A DNA stretch of 63,230 nt, filler included, from a bacterium (GCA_030615855.1; 6 parts of 6 records of this genome joined end to end with filler, not necessarily neighbours in it); one strand, 5' to 3'. Shown: positions 52,960-63,230, counted from the whole stretch's first letter. Program-made: numbers and translations. Notes: generated from the sequence alone by a model not told the origin.

Positions 52960-54333
52960 ATGGTAAAGCAGGAGAAACTTTTTCAGCCACCGGAACATTA
53001 TAAAATTAATAAGGTGATCAAGCGCAATGGCCGAATAGTGGCCTTTAATAGAGAGAAGATTGCCAACTCCATCTACCGGGCAGCAGTGGAAGTAGGGGGA
53101 AAGGATCGGGCTCTGGCAGAGAGGCTTGCTGATCAGGCGGTAAGGCTCATCAACCAGACCTACCCTGCAGGGGCCATTCCTTCAGTGGAAGAGATTCAGG
53201 ACTTGATCGAGAAGGTCTTAGTAGAAAAAGGCTGTTACCAGACAGCCAAGCATTATATCCTTTACCGGGCAGAACATGCCCGGCTTAGGGAAGGTAAAAT
53301 AGAAAGAGTTATTATGGAAGATAATGTTCCCTATAAAGTCCTGTGGCATATCTTCACCTGGAATGTGGATCATAAGTGCGATACCATAGAGAACCTCAAT
53401 AAGCATATTAGAAAAGGAACCTTTCCCGATCTGGTGAAGGAGGCAGAGGAGGCCTATCATTTGGCATTAAGGAAAGCGGTAGAGAGAATCATTACCAGAA
53501 TCAGTCGAGGAGTAAAGTTGGTTATTGTCGCCGGTCCCTCTTCATCCGGGAAGACTACCACCACTCTGAAGATAGGCGAGATATTGAATGAGAAGGAAAT
53601 AAACTTTTATTCCCTGAGCCTGGATAACTATTTCAAAGACCTGGAAGAGCATCCTAAGGATGAATATGGAGACTACGACTTTGAAAGCCCCCAGGCTTTA
53701 GATCTTACCCTGATAAACGAGCACCTCTCCCAGTTATTGGAAGGGAAGACGATAGAGATGCCCAGATATAACTTCAAGACTGGAAAGCGAATGCGAGAGA
53801 GAAAGAAATTGAAACTTGAGAAGGATCAGATTCTGTTGATCGACTCCCTTCACGGCCTCTATCCTGAGATGACCTCTAAAATTCCGCCCAAGGGGAAGTT
53901 CAAGTTCTATATTGAAGCCCTGTGTCAACTGAGAGACAAGAAGGGGGAGTTCGTACGCTGGGCGGACTTGAGAATGCTACGAAGAATGGTGAGGGACTCC
54001 TGGCATCGTTCCTACGATCCAGAGAGGACGGTGGGCCACTGGCATTATGTGAGGAGGAGCGAGAAGAGACATATCGTTCCCTTCACCCACAAGGTGGATT
54101 ACGTCTTCAACGGCTCCCTTCCCTATGAGCTTCCTATTTACAAGAGATACCTTTCTAGGCATTTTCCTCCCATGGTGAAGAAGTACGAGAAGGATCCCAA
54201 GAAGATAGATGCCTACATCCGGGCCAAGAGAGTCTATAACCTTTTGAATCAATTAGATGGGGCGGATGATAGGTGCGTTCCTTCCAACTCCCTTTTGAGG
54301 GAATTCATCGGAGGAAGCAGTTACAGATATTAA
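52960..54333 (+). CDS. ATP-cone plus uridine-kinase-like P-loop protein
   Basis: VIKRNG..FNREKI..VEEIQD.IE..L..YILYR, then AGPSSSGKTTT, LDNYF, LRRMVRD. Confidence 0.85.
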   Translation: MVKQEKLFQPPEHYKINKVIKRNGRIVAFNREKIANSIYRAAVEVGGKDRALAERLADQAVRLINQTYPAGAIPSVEEIQDLIEKVLVEKGCYQTAKHYILYRAEHARLREGKIERVIMEDNVPYKVLWHIFTWNVDHKCDTIENLNKHIRKGTFPDLVKEAEEAYHLALRKAVERIITRISRGVKLVIVAGPSSSGKTTTTLKIGEILNEKEINFYSLSLDNYFKDLEEHPKDEYGDYDFESPQALDLTLINEHLSQLLEGKTIEMPRYNFKTGKRMRERKKLKLEKDQILLIDSLHGLYPEMTSKIPPKGKFKFYIEALCQLRDKKGEFVRWADLRMLRRMVRDSWHRSYDPERTVGHWHYVRRSEKRHIVPFTHKVDYVFNGSLPYELPIYKRYLSRHFPPMVKKYEKDPKKIDAYIRAKRVYNLLNQLDGADDRCVPSNSLLREFIGGSSYRY

Positions 54334-54516
54334 ATTTGAAGAGGCGAATCCTCTTTTTATTTATTCCTACTTCCAAATTCTCAATAATTTAAAAATAATA
54401 AGGAAGCCTTTCGCTTCGCTCAAGAACCTTGTTTCTTTACTATTGCTCAGAAATATAGAGTTGTTTTTAAATGGAAAATATGCTAAAATTAAACGGTAGA
54501 AAAGAATGGGTATAAA

Positions 54517-55374
54517 ATGATCCTCGGCTTTAAAAATGTGGTAATTATCTTAACCTTTCTTATAATCCTGGTAATTGCTGTATCATTTTATGCCTTCTAT
54601 ATCTCGGTTCGCCCCAGAAGGTTCATAAGTGGCGTCAATCCTTCGCATTTCGGCTTAAAATACGAAAAGGTGAGTTTTAAGACTGAAGACGGGCTTACTC
54701 TTCAGGGCTGGTTTATTCCTTGTGAGGGAAAGGGGTCTACCATCATTGTCTGCCACGGCTATCCCTTTGACAAGGGAAATATTCTTCCCTCCAGCCTCTT
54801 CTTACGTAAGGAGTATAGTCTCTTTCTCTTCGATTTCCGGGCAATGGGGGAGAGCGAAGGAAAGTATACTACGGTCGGCTACCACGAGAAGAAAGACTTG
54901 CTCGCTGCCGTAGATTATCTGAAGTCAAGGGGAATAGAAGAAATAGGAGCCTTGGGCTTCTCCTTAGGAGGAGCGGTCATTATTATGGCCCATAGTCCAG
55001 ATATTAAGGCCATTGTCTCCGATTCTTCCTATGCTACTCTAAATCTCATGATTCATTCTTTATTCAGGCACTATTACTTCCTAAAACATCCCTTTGTCTT
55101 TACCGTTAAATTATTGTCCAGAATGGTCTTAAAGTTCGACACCTCTTCTGTGTCTCCGGTAGCCATCATAAAAGAGGTCGAGGCGCCTATCCTTCTTATT
55201 CATGGGGAGAAAGATAGCCAGATCCCGGTGAAGAATGCTTATCTATTGCATGAGGCCGCTCCCAAAAGCGAGCTCTGGATAGTTCCTGGTGCAGACCACG
55301 GTGAAGCCCAGGCTCTGGTAACTATAGAATATGAGAGGAGAATCTTAGAATTTTTTGAGAAGAATCTGGGTTAA
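54517..55374 (+). CDS. Membrane-anchored alpha/beta hydrolase
   Basis: CHG, FDFRAMGESEG, GFSLGG, LIHGEKD, GADH. Confidence 0.92.
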   Translation: MILGFKNVVIILTFLIILVIAVSFYAFYISVRPRRFISGVNPSHFGLKYEKVSFKTEDGLTLQGWFIPCEGKGSTIIVCHGYPFDKGNILPSSLFLRKEYSLFLFDFRAMGESEGKYTTVGYHEKKDLLAAVDYLKSRGIEEIGALGFSLGGAVIIMAHSPDIKAIVSDSSYATLNLMIHSLFRHYYFLKHPFVFTVKLLSRMVLKFDTSSVSPVAIIKEVEAPILLIHGEKDSQIPVKNAYLLHEAAPKSELWIVPGADHGEAQALVTIEYERRILEFFEKNLG

Positions 55375-55386
55375 TAAAATTTTTAT

Positions 55387-55415
55387 TTGACATTAGTCAG
55401 AAAGTATTATAAAAT
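55387..55415 (+). promoter_or_regulatory. Sigma-70-type promoter
   Basis: TTGACA-17nt-TAAAAT. Confidence 0.6.
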
Positions 55416-55434
55416 TAGTCTGGAGGTGAAAGAT

Positions 55435-55797
55435 ATGAGATGGTTTCTCTTTCTTGTGGCTGGTCTCTGGACCATAGCGGGTATCCTCTTACTTGTAGTA
55501 GCAGGAAAGGCAAAGGAAATATCCCGTAAACTAGTGAAGAACCTGAAGGCCATAAGTTTTATTCCTTTGATTACAGGGATACTGCTTACCTTTTCTGCTC
55601 GTTCAAGCAGGCTTTACTGGTTTGTAATTGTTATCGGCCTTCTTGCTTTGGCAAAAGGGTTTTTCTTCATCTTTGCTCCAAAAAAGAAAGCCAAGCCTTT
55701 TATAGATTGGTGGCTCAAGGCTTCTTTGGGTATCTATCGGCTCTGGGGACTAGTGGCCCTTGCCCTGGGAATCTTTTTCTTCTGTCGCGTGGCATAA
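55435..55797 (+). CDS. Four-TM membrane protein
   Basis: GGAGGT RBS; hydrophobic helices. Confidence 0.75.
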   Translation: MRWFLFLVAGLWTIAGILLLVVAGKAKEISRKLVKNLKAISFIPLITGILLTFSARSSRLYWFVIVIGLLALAKGFFFIFAPKKKAKPFIDWWLKASLGIYRLWGLVALALGIFFFCRVA

Positions 55798-55823
55798 GAA
55801 AGTAACAAACGGAGGTGAGAAGA

Positions 55824-55904
55824 ATGCCCATTTGGTTAGGAGCGGTATTAATTATTATTTTGGTTTCTTTTTTTGTGCTCCAACGCAAGAAGGGAAAGAA
55901 GTAA
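55824..55904 (+). CDS. 26-aa single-TM peptide (not in ORF track)
   Basis: GGAGGT RBS; MPIWLGAVLIIILVSFFVLQRKKGKK*. Confidence 0.65.
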   Translation: MPIWLGAVLIIILVSFFVLQRKKGKK

Positions 55905-56007
55905 TAATCCAAAATTAGAAGTCAGCCTCTCACCTCTACGGTGAGTCACCGATGAGGTGACTTCGGCAACCTGTCGTTGAGGTAGGAGGCGGAAAAGGAG
56001 GTATAGC

Positions 56008-56319
56008 ATGGTTTTCTGGAGGAAAGAAGAGAAGAAGCCAGAAGAACCGAAACCTGAGTTCCCAAGACCAGAAGTTCCTAAGCCAGAGGTGCCTAAGCCA
56101 GAGGCTCCAAAACCTGAAGTTCCGAAGCCAGAAGTACCAAGGCCAGAGGCACCGAAGCCTGAGGTGCCAATGCCGGAAGCTCCGAAGCCTGAAGTGCCAA
56201 AACCCGAGGCACCCAAACCTGAGTTTCCAAAACCTGAGGTTCCCAAGCCCGAAGCACCCAAACCAGAGATTCCTAAACCAGAGGAGCCAAAACCAGGAGA
56301 ACCGGGCAAACCTTTTTAA
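56008..56319 (+). CDS. Pro/Glu/Lys pentapeptide-repeat protein
   Basis: AGGAGGT RBS; ~18 KPExP units; followed by a terminator. Confidence 0.85.
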   Translation: MVFWRKEEKKPEEPKPEFPRPEVPKPEVPKPEAPKPEVPKPEVPRPEAPKPEVPMPEAPKPEVPKPEAPKPEFPKPEVPKPEAPKPEIPKPEEPKPGEPGKPF

Positions 56320-56342
56320 ATTCTGGTAGGAAAAAAGGATTG

Positions 56343-56371
56343 AAGCAGGGGCCTTGAGGCCCCTGCTTTTT
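56343..56371 (+). terminator. Rho-independent terminator
   Basis: aagcaggggcc-ttga-ggcccctgcttttt. Confidence 0.85.
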
Positions 56372-56597
56372 CTCTTTACACTGTTTCTATATTATTAAGA
56401 ATTTGAAAATAAGAAAGCCTTTCGCTAATGCTCAAGAACCTTGTTTTCTCACTTTGTTCGAAAATGAGTCAAGCCCCGAAGGGGCAGGCAAGTTGCCTCT
56501 TTCCGCACTTTGTTTGGAAATAACAAAAGTAATCTTTAATAGAATTTTCATTTGTCCTTGAGTAAAAGATATGGTAAGATTAAAAGGGGAGGAAAAG

Positions 56598-57500
56598 ATG
56601 ATTGGACTATCCACTGCTTGGTGTTCAGGCCAGATCAAAGAGGGAAAGAAACTCCTCCCCCGGTTTAAAGAAATAGGGATAAAAGAATTAGAACTCGATT
56701 ATCGGATAAGTAAGAAAACCTTTAAAGAGATACTTCCACTTTTAAAGAAATCCTTCGCCATACTAAGCATCCACAACTTTTTTCCCATCCCTGATATTTT
56801 GGAAGAAGGGAGCGGGGATGCCTTTTTACTCTCAAGCCCGGATGAGGAGGAGAGGAAAAGAGCCGTAAAATATACCAGAAAAACCATTGAGATCGCGCAT
56901 GAATTAGGAGCAAAGGCGATTGTCTTGCATCTGGGTAAGGTGGAGATGAACCCTGAAACAGAGAAGTTCCTTCTTCTCTATGGTCGGGGAAAGATCTCCT
57001 CTTCCCACGGGAAGAGGATCATTCATAAGATTAAAGAGGAAAGGAAGAATAAGAAATCGAGATATCTGGATGCTGTTCTTAGAAGTCTTTCAGAGCTCAA
57101 CAAATTTGCTCAAGAGAGAGGCGTTCTTTTAGGAATAGAAAACAGGTTTTATTCCCATGAGATTCCAGACTTTGAAGAGATTGGACTAATCTTAAGAAAA
57201 TTTAAGGGGGGCGCCATAAGATACTGGCATGATGTGGGTCATGCTGTAGTCCAGGAGAACTTAGGGCTATTAAGCCATAAGGAACTACTTGAAAGTTACT
57301 CTTCCCATTTAATTGGTATCCATCTCCACGGGGTGAGGGGATGTGAAGACCATCTTGCCCCAGGACAAGAAGAGGATTATGGGCTCATAAAAAGATATAT
57401 TAAACCAGAAACCATTAAAGTAGTAGAACCTCATCCCAAAGTTAGCAAAGAGGAATTAAAAGAAGGCCTGATCTTTCTACAGCGTATAGGAATAGAATAA
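56598..57500 (+). CDS. Xylose isomerase-like/AP endonuclease 2 TIM-barrel protein
   Basis: SIHN, AIVLH.G, GIEN, WHDVGH, IHLH...DHLAPG. Confidence 0.85.
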   Translation: MIGLSTAWCSGQIKEGKKLLPRFKEIGIKELELDYRISKKTFKEILPLLKKSFAILSIHNFFPIPDILEEGSGDAFLLSSPDEEERKRAVKYTRKTIEIAHELGAKAIVLHLGKVEMNPETEKFLLLYGRGKISSSHGKRIIHKIKEERKNKKSRYLDAVLRSLSELNKFAQERGVLLGIENRFYSHEIPDFEEIGLILRKFKGGAIRYWHDVGHAVVQENLGLLSHKELLESYSSHLIGIHLHGVRGCEDHLAPGQEEDYGLIKRYIKPETIKVVEPHPKVSKEELKEGLIFLQRIGIE

Positions 57501-57602
57501 TAGACGCGAATAACCGCAAATCTTGCAATGGCAAAGTAGAATCCTTGTCCACCTACGAGGTGGGAAAGGGTTAATGATTCCAAAAGTTCCGTAAGATTTA
57601 TT

Positions 57603-57631
57603 TTGACAGTTGAAGGAAATTTTGATATAAT
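57603..57631 (+). promoter_or_regulatory. Consensus sigma-70 promoter
   Basis: TTGACA-17nt-TATAAT. Confidence 0.8.
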
Positions 57632-57658
57632 GAATATGTTGCAAGAAGGAGGTAAAGG

Positions 57659-58648
57659 GTGGAGAATTTGGCGATAATCATTGCTGTCTTAGCGGTAGTT
57701 TTAGTAGTTATCATCAGTTTTGTTGCTCTAAAATTGGCATCCGGCAAACAGGTACCAACTAGACTAAGTGAAGATCTGGGAGCTATCAAGAGTGTTATGG
57801 AAAACCTGCAGAGGATAGTTCCAGAGATTAAAAGTGGGGTAGATTTGGGAGCCGAGGCCCAGATAGCCCTTCGGCAGAATCTGGCCCAAACCGCCCAGGC
57901 AGTGGAGAGGATAAGGAGTGCCTACGAGGAGAGGAAGGTCTTGGAAGATGCTACAAGATCCTCTATTAAGAGATTAGAGAGTATCATTGCCGGTACCACA
58001 GCCAAGGGAATAGCAGGGGAGAACATTTTAAGGGAGGCCTTGAAGGAATTTCCTCCAGAGATGGTTACCACTGGTTTCCGGGTAAAAGGGCAGATAGTGG
58101 AATTTGGATTAGTTCTGCCCAATAAGAAAACCCTGCCCATTGATTCCAAATGGCCAGCAGCCGATCTTCTAAATCAGTTAGAAGGGGAGGAAAGTGAAGA
58201 GATACGGGCTGAGATTATAGAAAAGATTGAAAAGGAGGTAGAGAAACGCACCAAGGAGATCACTCAATATATCGATCCCGCGGTAACCACCCCTCAGGCC
58301 ATTGCGGCTATTCCCGATGCTGCCTTCAGCGTCTGTAGGAAAGCCCATGTTGAGGCCTATAAAAGGAATGTCATCCTCATCTCCTATTCTATGGCTATTC
58401 CCTATCTTTTAACCTTTTTAAATTTGAATCTTCAGTATTCTCGAACTATGGATATAGAAAATCTCTCTCATTATCTAATGAACATCAAGCGCAACTTGGA
58501 TGAGATGGATAGCGTTTTAGAGAATTATATTGAGGGAGCAAGCTCACGCATCACCAATGCAACCATTAAGTATCGGGAACTAATCGGTTCCATTCGTGGT
58601 TCTCTAATTGCCCTAGAGACCAGCAAGCCAAGTGAAACGAAAAAATAA
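57659..58648 (+). CDS. rmuC: RmuC family DNA recombination protein
   Basis: N-terminal TM, coiled coil, G.AGE..L, LPIDSKWP, YIDP..T. Confidence 0.8.
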   Translation: MENLAIIIAVLAVVLVVIISFVALKLASGKQVPTRLSEDLGAIKSVMENLQRIVPEIKSGVDLGAEAQIALRQNLAQTAQAVERIRSAYEERKVLEDATRSSIKRLESIIAGTTAKGIAGENILREALKEFPPEMVTTGFRVKGQIVEFGLVLPNKKTLPIDSKWPAADLLNQLEGEESEEIRAEIIEKIEKEVEKRTKEITQYIDPAVTTPQAIAAIPDAAFSVCRKAHVEAYKRNVILISYSMAIPYLLTFLNLNLQYSRTMDIENLSHYLMNIKRNLDEMDSVLENYIEGASSRITNATIKYRELIGSIRGSLIALETSKPSETKK

Positions 58649-58749
58649 ANNNNNNNNNNNNNNNNNNNNNNNNNNNNNNNNNNNNNNNNNNNNTTAATTA
58701 ATTAANNNNNNNNNNNNNNNNNNNNNNNNNNNNNNNNNNNNNNNNNNNN

Positions 58750-58890
58750 AAAGAGACGAACTCAACTCCGTATTCTTCAGCCCTCTCCCTGGAAGGGTGA
58801 AAAGTCCAGGCAATTACCTTCATGCCAATCCCCTTTGCCAGTCTCGCCAGATGACCCCCGATCGCTCCCAAACCCACTATCCCTAAAGTT
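58750..58890. repeat. 141-nt contig-terminal direct repeat
   Basis: Identical to 63090-63230. Confidence 0.97.
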
Positions 58891-59330
58891 TTACCAAAGA
58901 GCTGCTGCACCAAACCTCTGGGCCACCCTCCATTCTTCACCTGTTTATCTAGCTGAGTAATTTGCCGGGATGCAGCCAGCATTAAGGCAAGAGCATGCTC
59001 CGCCACTGCTGGAGCAGCAAAGCCAGGGGTATTGGTTACCAGAATGCCATGTTCTCTGGCAGCTGAGAGATCAATATTGTCCACTCCCGTGCCTAAAACG
59101 GAAAGGAGCTTAAGAGAGGGAGAACATTGACCCAGCACCTCACGGGTAAACTTGGAGTAAGCTCTAATATTGACTACTACCTCCCTTCCCTTCAGACGCC
59201 CGATAAACTCCTCCTGAGAGCTAGCCCGCTCATTGTAAAGCTCAACCTCCCCCCACTTTTCTAACTTCTCCAGGGCCTTGGTGCCTTTTATCTGAGGCGG
59301 AGAATCATCGGGAATTACTATACGGGCCAT
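58750..59330 (-). CDS. D-2-hydroxyacid dehydrogenase (SerA-like), 5' part
   Basis: GTGVDNID, VTNTPG, VAEHA, LGIVGLGAIG; continues in frame into 63089-62714 through the terminal repeat. Confidence 0.9.
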
Positions 59331-59357
59331 GGTGTTCCTCCTATTCTTCGGAAGGGT

Positions 59358-59502
59358 TCAATTTTGACTTTCGCTGCTATTCTCTTTCTCAATTCGCTTT
59401 ATCCGCATGGTTAGAACTTTCTGGGCGTACTTGATGTGCCCCGTTATGCAGGATTCGACCCTATCAGGAAATCTACCGACACCGTAGAGTTTCTCTGGTC
59501 AT
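59358..59502 (-). pseudogene. Possible GntR/FCD regulator remnant
   Basis: MTRETLR start joined out of frame to PDRVESCITGHIKYAQKVL; weak similarity. Confidence 0.3.
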
Positions 59503-59521
59503 CTTACGAGCCAGCCCTAGC

Positions 59522-59930
<409 letters not shown>

Positions 59931-59938
<8 letters not shown>

Positions 59939-60917
59939 CCCAATGACCTACCTGGGGAACTCCTTCCTTGACCAGGACGAAACTCTCATCCAGAACTATG
60001 GTAGGTTTCCGGATAATCATATCCATATGCAGGGGAGCCTCATTGACTCCCCCCAGTCCGATATTGCTTCCTACCCCGATGTGCCCCGTCCTCCAGGCAC
60101 TCTCATCCTCAGTGAGGATTCCGATAACTTCACTTTTGGGATTTAAACCCACCGCTATTTCCGCTATTTGATAGGCATTGGGATGTTCAGCCTCCTCCAG
60201 GAGACACCGGAGTTCATCAGCCTGTTTTCCCCCGGTAATTTCAACAATCTTCCCCTTTTTCACGCTGAGTCTTATAGGTTCCTCTATTAGCCCCATAAGA
60301 GAGGCACTTGCATCAACTACTACCAGCCCCTCGACAGTATCTTCCAGAGGGGGAACATTTGCCTCAATCAGGGGCATTCCCATGCACTGGCCTGGTCTAT
60401 GACAGAGGCCGGTATCGGCGTTGGCCCCTCTTCCCTCAATACCAGCTTTAAGATCCGTTCCTGAGGGAGCGGTGAATCGTACTGACCTCGCTCTGGCAAA
60501 CTCCTCTGCTACCTTTTCCACTCCTGGGGCCAGTTTCCTAAAATCCACTCTCATAGCTTCCCTCATAAGGGTCTCTTCATTGGCGCCACTGAGAGTCAGA
60601 ACCCGTGCCCCGCTCTGGCATGCCTCTACCCTGGCCTTGGTATGATACATGGTCACCTGGGTAGGAGTAAATATGACATCAGCGCTTTTCATAGCTTCGA
60701 CCACCGGCCTGGGAGGCTCCTGGCCAAGCTCTCGTACCCCCATGACGCTAATGGCTACCTCTGCCCCTCTTTCCTGGCAAGCTATGGCCAGAACTTCGGC
60801 CAGGGATGTTTTGAGATTATCGGTAACAATTAGAACATTTTCTCCCAGCTGAATATTAGCGGCGATGCTGGCAATATTTCTAGCCCCTTTTAGCATCTCC
60901 AGATACTTCATATCCAC
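59931..60917 (-). CDS. M29/aminopeptidase T-like metallohydrolase
   Basis: [13 protein letters not shown]...[22 protein letters not shown]. Confidence 0.75.
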
Positions 60918-61146
60918 TATCTTAGCTCCTAGGGGTCCAAATTATGAATCTATCGAACTCTTAAGAGCTATGTTAGAACGAATTTGCTTTTTGTCAAGAA
61001 TTTAATCTCCATTTCCCGAAAACTTATGGAATAGTTCATGGACGACCTTTTTTTGCTGGAGATTTGAAGAACAAGACCAGAAAGGTGACAGAGACTGGAA
61101 AAATGCTAGAATAGGGTCACGAAAACTTCTCTCGATGGAGGTCCTT

Positions 61147-61550
61147 ATGAAAAGTTCCGTGACCCTAAAAGAAAGAGAACTTATTAGAGACATCCTAGCA
61201 AGTTTCCTTCTTCATGTCAAACAGCGAATTGATCTTCTAAAGCCTTTCAAAACATTAAAGAATTTACTTTAGGATTATCAATAAAAGGAATTCTGCGTCC
61301 TAAAGATATCCCTTAAAGTCTCGTGTTCAGGCCAAAGGGGCTTTATCAAAAGCTGTCTTAATCGGTTCAGATACCTTTTAAATGAGGCTCGCTTGACGTC
61401 CACAGGCTCTTCTCGAACAGTGTAAGAAAAGCTTTGAGCGATCTTCTTAAGCAAAAGAAAATTAAGCTCTTATCTGGAAAGGCAGTCTTGGTAGTTGATC
61501 CTACTCACTATTACAAGAGAAGTCGAGGTAGAAAAAAGGGAGAGTATGGT
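61147..61550 (+). pseudogene. Degraded DDE (IS4/IS701-like) transposase fragment
   Basis: GGAGG-ATG inside a hairpin; interrupted frames; later KAVLVVDPTHYYKRSRG resembles the first-Asp motif. Confidence 0.5.
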
Positions 61551-61751
61551 TTTAGGACTGGTTATACACCTGACGAGATTCCCTAATGTGTAATCGTCTC
61601 CGCCACAAAACCAGTCTTAAGAGGTCGGTACCGATCCTGTGGATTACTGAATGCGGATTCTCAGAACTTATTGGCCGCACTCTTTCAGGCGGATAATCCT
61701 TGACAAGGAGGCTGAATATGTTTCCCTTCAGCCTGAGAATATCCAATATCT

Positions 61752-62069
61752 CTGGGTGTTCCCACTAGGGTAGCCATCGGGAGCAGTCTTTTGCAGATCT
61801 TGTTTACTGCGGGCTACGAAGGACTAACTTATTTTATAATGGGAAACGTGCATCTTGTTCTGGTGGGGGGAATACTGGTTGACTCAATTGCAGGATCGCG
61901 AGTAGGTGTTTGGATCAACCTGTACATAGGAGTTTCTTCTATGTACATAGGAGTTTCTTCTATTAGATATTACCTTTCATGGGCCATGTTCAGCGCTGTA
62001 GCCATAATACTTCTGAAGTTCTTGAGACAAATAGTACTTGACGTAAATAGTGCAAGAGGGAAGGGATAA
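61752..62069 (+). pseudogene. TauE/SafE (TSUP) transporter C-terminal fragment
   Basis: LGVPTRVAIGSSLLQILF...GNV...GSRVG; 21-nt tandem duplication at 61921-61962. Confidence 0.7.
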
Positions 62070-62113
62070 TTCACCGGGCAACTTGCCCTTCCCCCCCAAG
62101 GATTACATAGTCT

Positions 62114-62240
62114 TCACGAGGAAGCAGACTTGGTCATAGAAATGGCTTTGCTGGGACAGACTTGCCAGCACATGCCGCAACCATCGCATTTTTCAAGATC
62201 GATACTGGCTATTCCATCTTTATCCTGAGTGATGGCATCA
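62114..62240 (-). pseudogene. 4Fe-4S domain C-terminal fragment
   Basis: DAITQDKDGIASIDLEKCDGCGMCWQVCPSKAI; in-frame stop just upstream, no start. Confidence 0.7.
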
Positions 62241-62266
62241 TAAAGAATTTTCTGTAAAAGTTATCC

Positions 62267-62707
62267 TCAGCCAATACTGAGCTTATCTCCCAGCTCAATT
62301 CCCAGTTCTTCCCCGCTCTTCCTCTTTGAAGATTTAATAACAATATTGAGATGGTTTGGCGCATGGGTCTCGTCAAAACCGACTATCTCACCTATGGTCT
62401 TTCTCTTTAAAGTAACCTTATCGCCTTTAGCCACTACCCCTCCCTTCTCCAATTCAAAAAAGCCTATATAGGCAATTCTATTCACTGCTTTTCCCGGCCC
62501 GGCATCTTCCTCATCGGTAACTATTAACTCATGAATCTCGCCTGAGAGGAGGACTCGGGTAGGGGATATTATCAATTGGAGACCTCGGTGGGAAAGTTTT
62601 GCATCCATTACTGCCATCACCCTCCCCCGAACTAAAGCTTTCTTGCTACAAAGGGAGCCAGTTATGAGCTTCTCTTTATAGGGGCCCATATTGTTCCTCA
62701 TTTTCAT
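62267..62707 (-). CDS. Conserved beta-barrel protein (DUF6917-like)
   Basis: RGLQLI..TRVL..GEIHELI.TDE..AGPG..VNRIAYIGFFE...GFDETH.PNHLNI. Confidence 0.7.
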   Translation of the reverse strand: MKMRNNMGPYKEKLITGSLCSKKALVRGRVMAVMDAKLSHRGLQLIISPTRVLLSGEIHELIVTDEEDAGPGKAVNRIAYIGFFELEKGGVVAKGDKVTLKRKTIGEIVGFDETHAPNHLNIVIKSSKRKSGEELGIELGDKLSIG

Positions 62708-62713
62708 CTTCCT

Positions 62714-63230
62714 CTATTTAACCATATTAATGGGGCTTCCTTTTAGGAAATTGATAACATTGTCTACTGCCATCTGGGCTCCTCTCTCGATAGTTTCCGG
62801 GGTCATTCCTGCTGAGTGCGGAGTCAGGACCACATTTTTCAGCTTAAGAAGAGGATCATCGGGTGGGATGGGCTCTTCATGAAAAGTATCCAGGCCAGCC
62901 CCGGCGATCTTGCCATAAGTTAAGGCATCTATTAGAGCTTGTTTGTTAACTATAGCTCCTCTGGCCGTATTCACCAGGATAGCGGTAGATTTCATCAGCT
63001 CGAACTGTCTCTTCCCCACAAGATCAGTGGTCTTATCAGAGAGTCTTAAGTTCACTGAAATGACATCGGCCTGCTTGAATAGATCATGGAAAGAGACGAA
63101 CTCAACTCCGTATTCTTCAGCCCTCTCCCTGGAAGGGTGAAAAGTCCAGGCAATTACCTTCATGCCAATCCCCTTTGCCAGTCTCGCCAGATGACCCCCG
63201 ATCGCTCCCAAACCCACTATCCCTAAAGTT
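62714..63230 (-). CDS. D-2-hydroxyacid dehydrogenase, 3' part
   Basis: LVNTARG, GAGLDTF..EP, LTPHSAG; joined gene is 957 nt (318 aa). Confidence 0.9.
   Translation of the reverse strand, partial: TLGIVGLGAIGGHLARLAKGIGMKVIAWTFHPSRERAEEYGVEFVSFHDLFKQADVISVNLRLSDKTTDLVGKRQFELMKSTAILVNTARGAIVNKQALIDALTYGKIAGAGLDTFHEEPIPPDDPLLKLKNVVLTPHSAGMTPETIERGAQMAVDNVINFLKGSPINMVK

Noticed and set aside
55848-56309. Minus-strand Gly/Ser repeat ORF
   Set aside because: Mirror of the KPExP gene, which has the RBS and terminator on the plus strand.
62714-63230. A second dehydrogenase gene
   Set aside because: The overlap is exactly 141 identical nt at both contig ends, best explained as one gene split by linearising a cycle.

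Overview
Six bacterial contigs joined by artificial 100-nt N/TTAATTAATTAA linkers: 1-14399, 14500-35657, 35758-42952, 43053-47755, 47856-58649 and 58750-63230. They look like a genome bin from an anaerobe with an outer membrane; the lineage cannot be determined from the sequence alone. Contig 1 is the tuf-rpmG-tRNA-Trp-secE-nusG-rplKAJL-rpoBC-rpsLG-fusA cluster, with rpoB and rpoC fused into one 2611-aa ORF. Contig 2 is a long plus-strand run: flavodoxins, EndoQ-like nuclease, tRNA-Ala, HAD pair, ECF sigma/anti-sigma, TolC-MacAB, GH5 and pcm. Contig 3 is oriC-dnaN-dciA-gyrB-gyrA. Contig 4 is dnaX-recR-porCDA. Contig 5 carries lipA, a lipoate ligase family gene, rmuC and others. Contig 6 has a 141-nt terminal repeat, so it closes into a 4340-bp circle holding three intact genes and several gene fragments. 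The main unexplained signal is a set of tiny, nestable palindromic and periodic elements. (i) Eight GC-rich palindromes sit in frame inside rpoBC, dnaN, gyrB (x2), recR, dnaX (x2), lipA and the ligase, counted by site; all have lengths divisible by 3 and two have matching empty and filled copies. (ii) An ATGA-targeting element splits start codons and leaves a short upstream ORF whose TGA overlaps a new GTG start. (iii) 7-10-nt periodic inverted arrays fill most intergenic gaps, some nested inside each other. Protein family calls come from motif recognition, not database searches.
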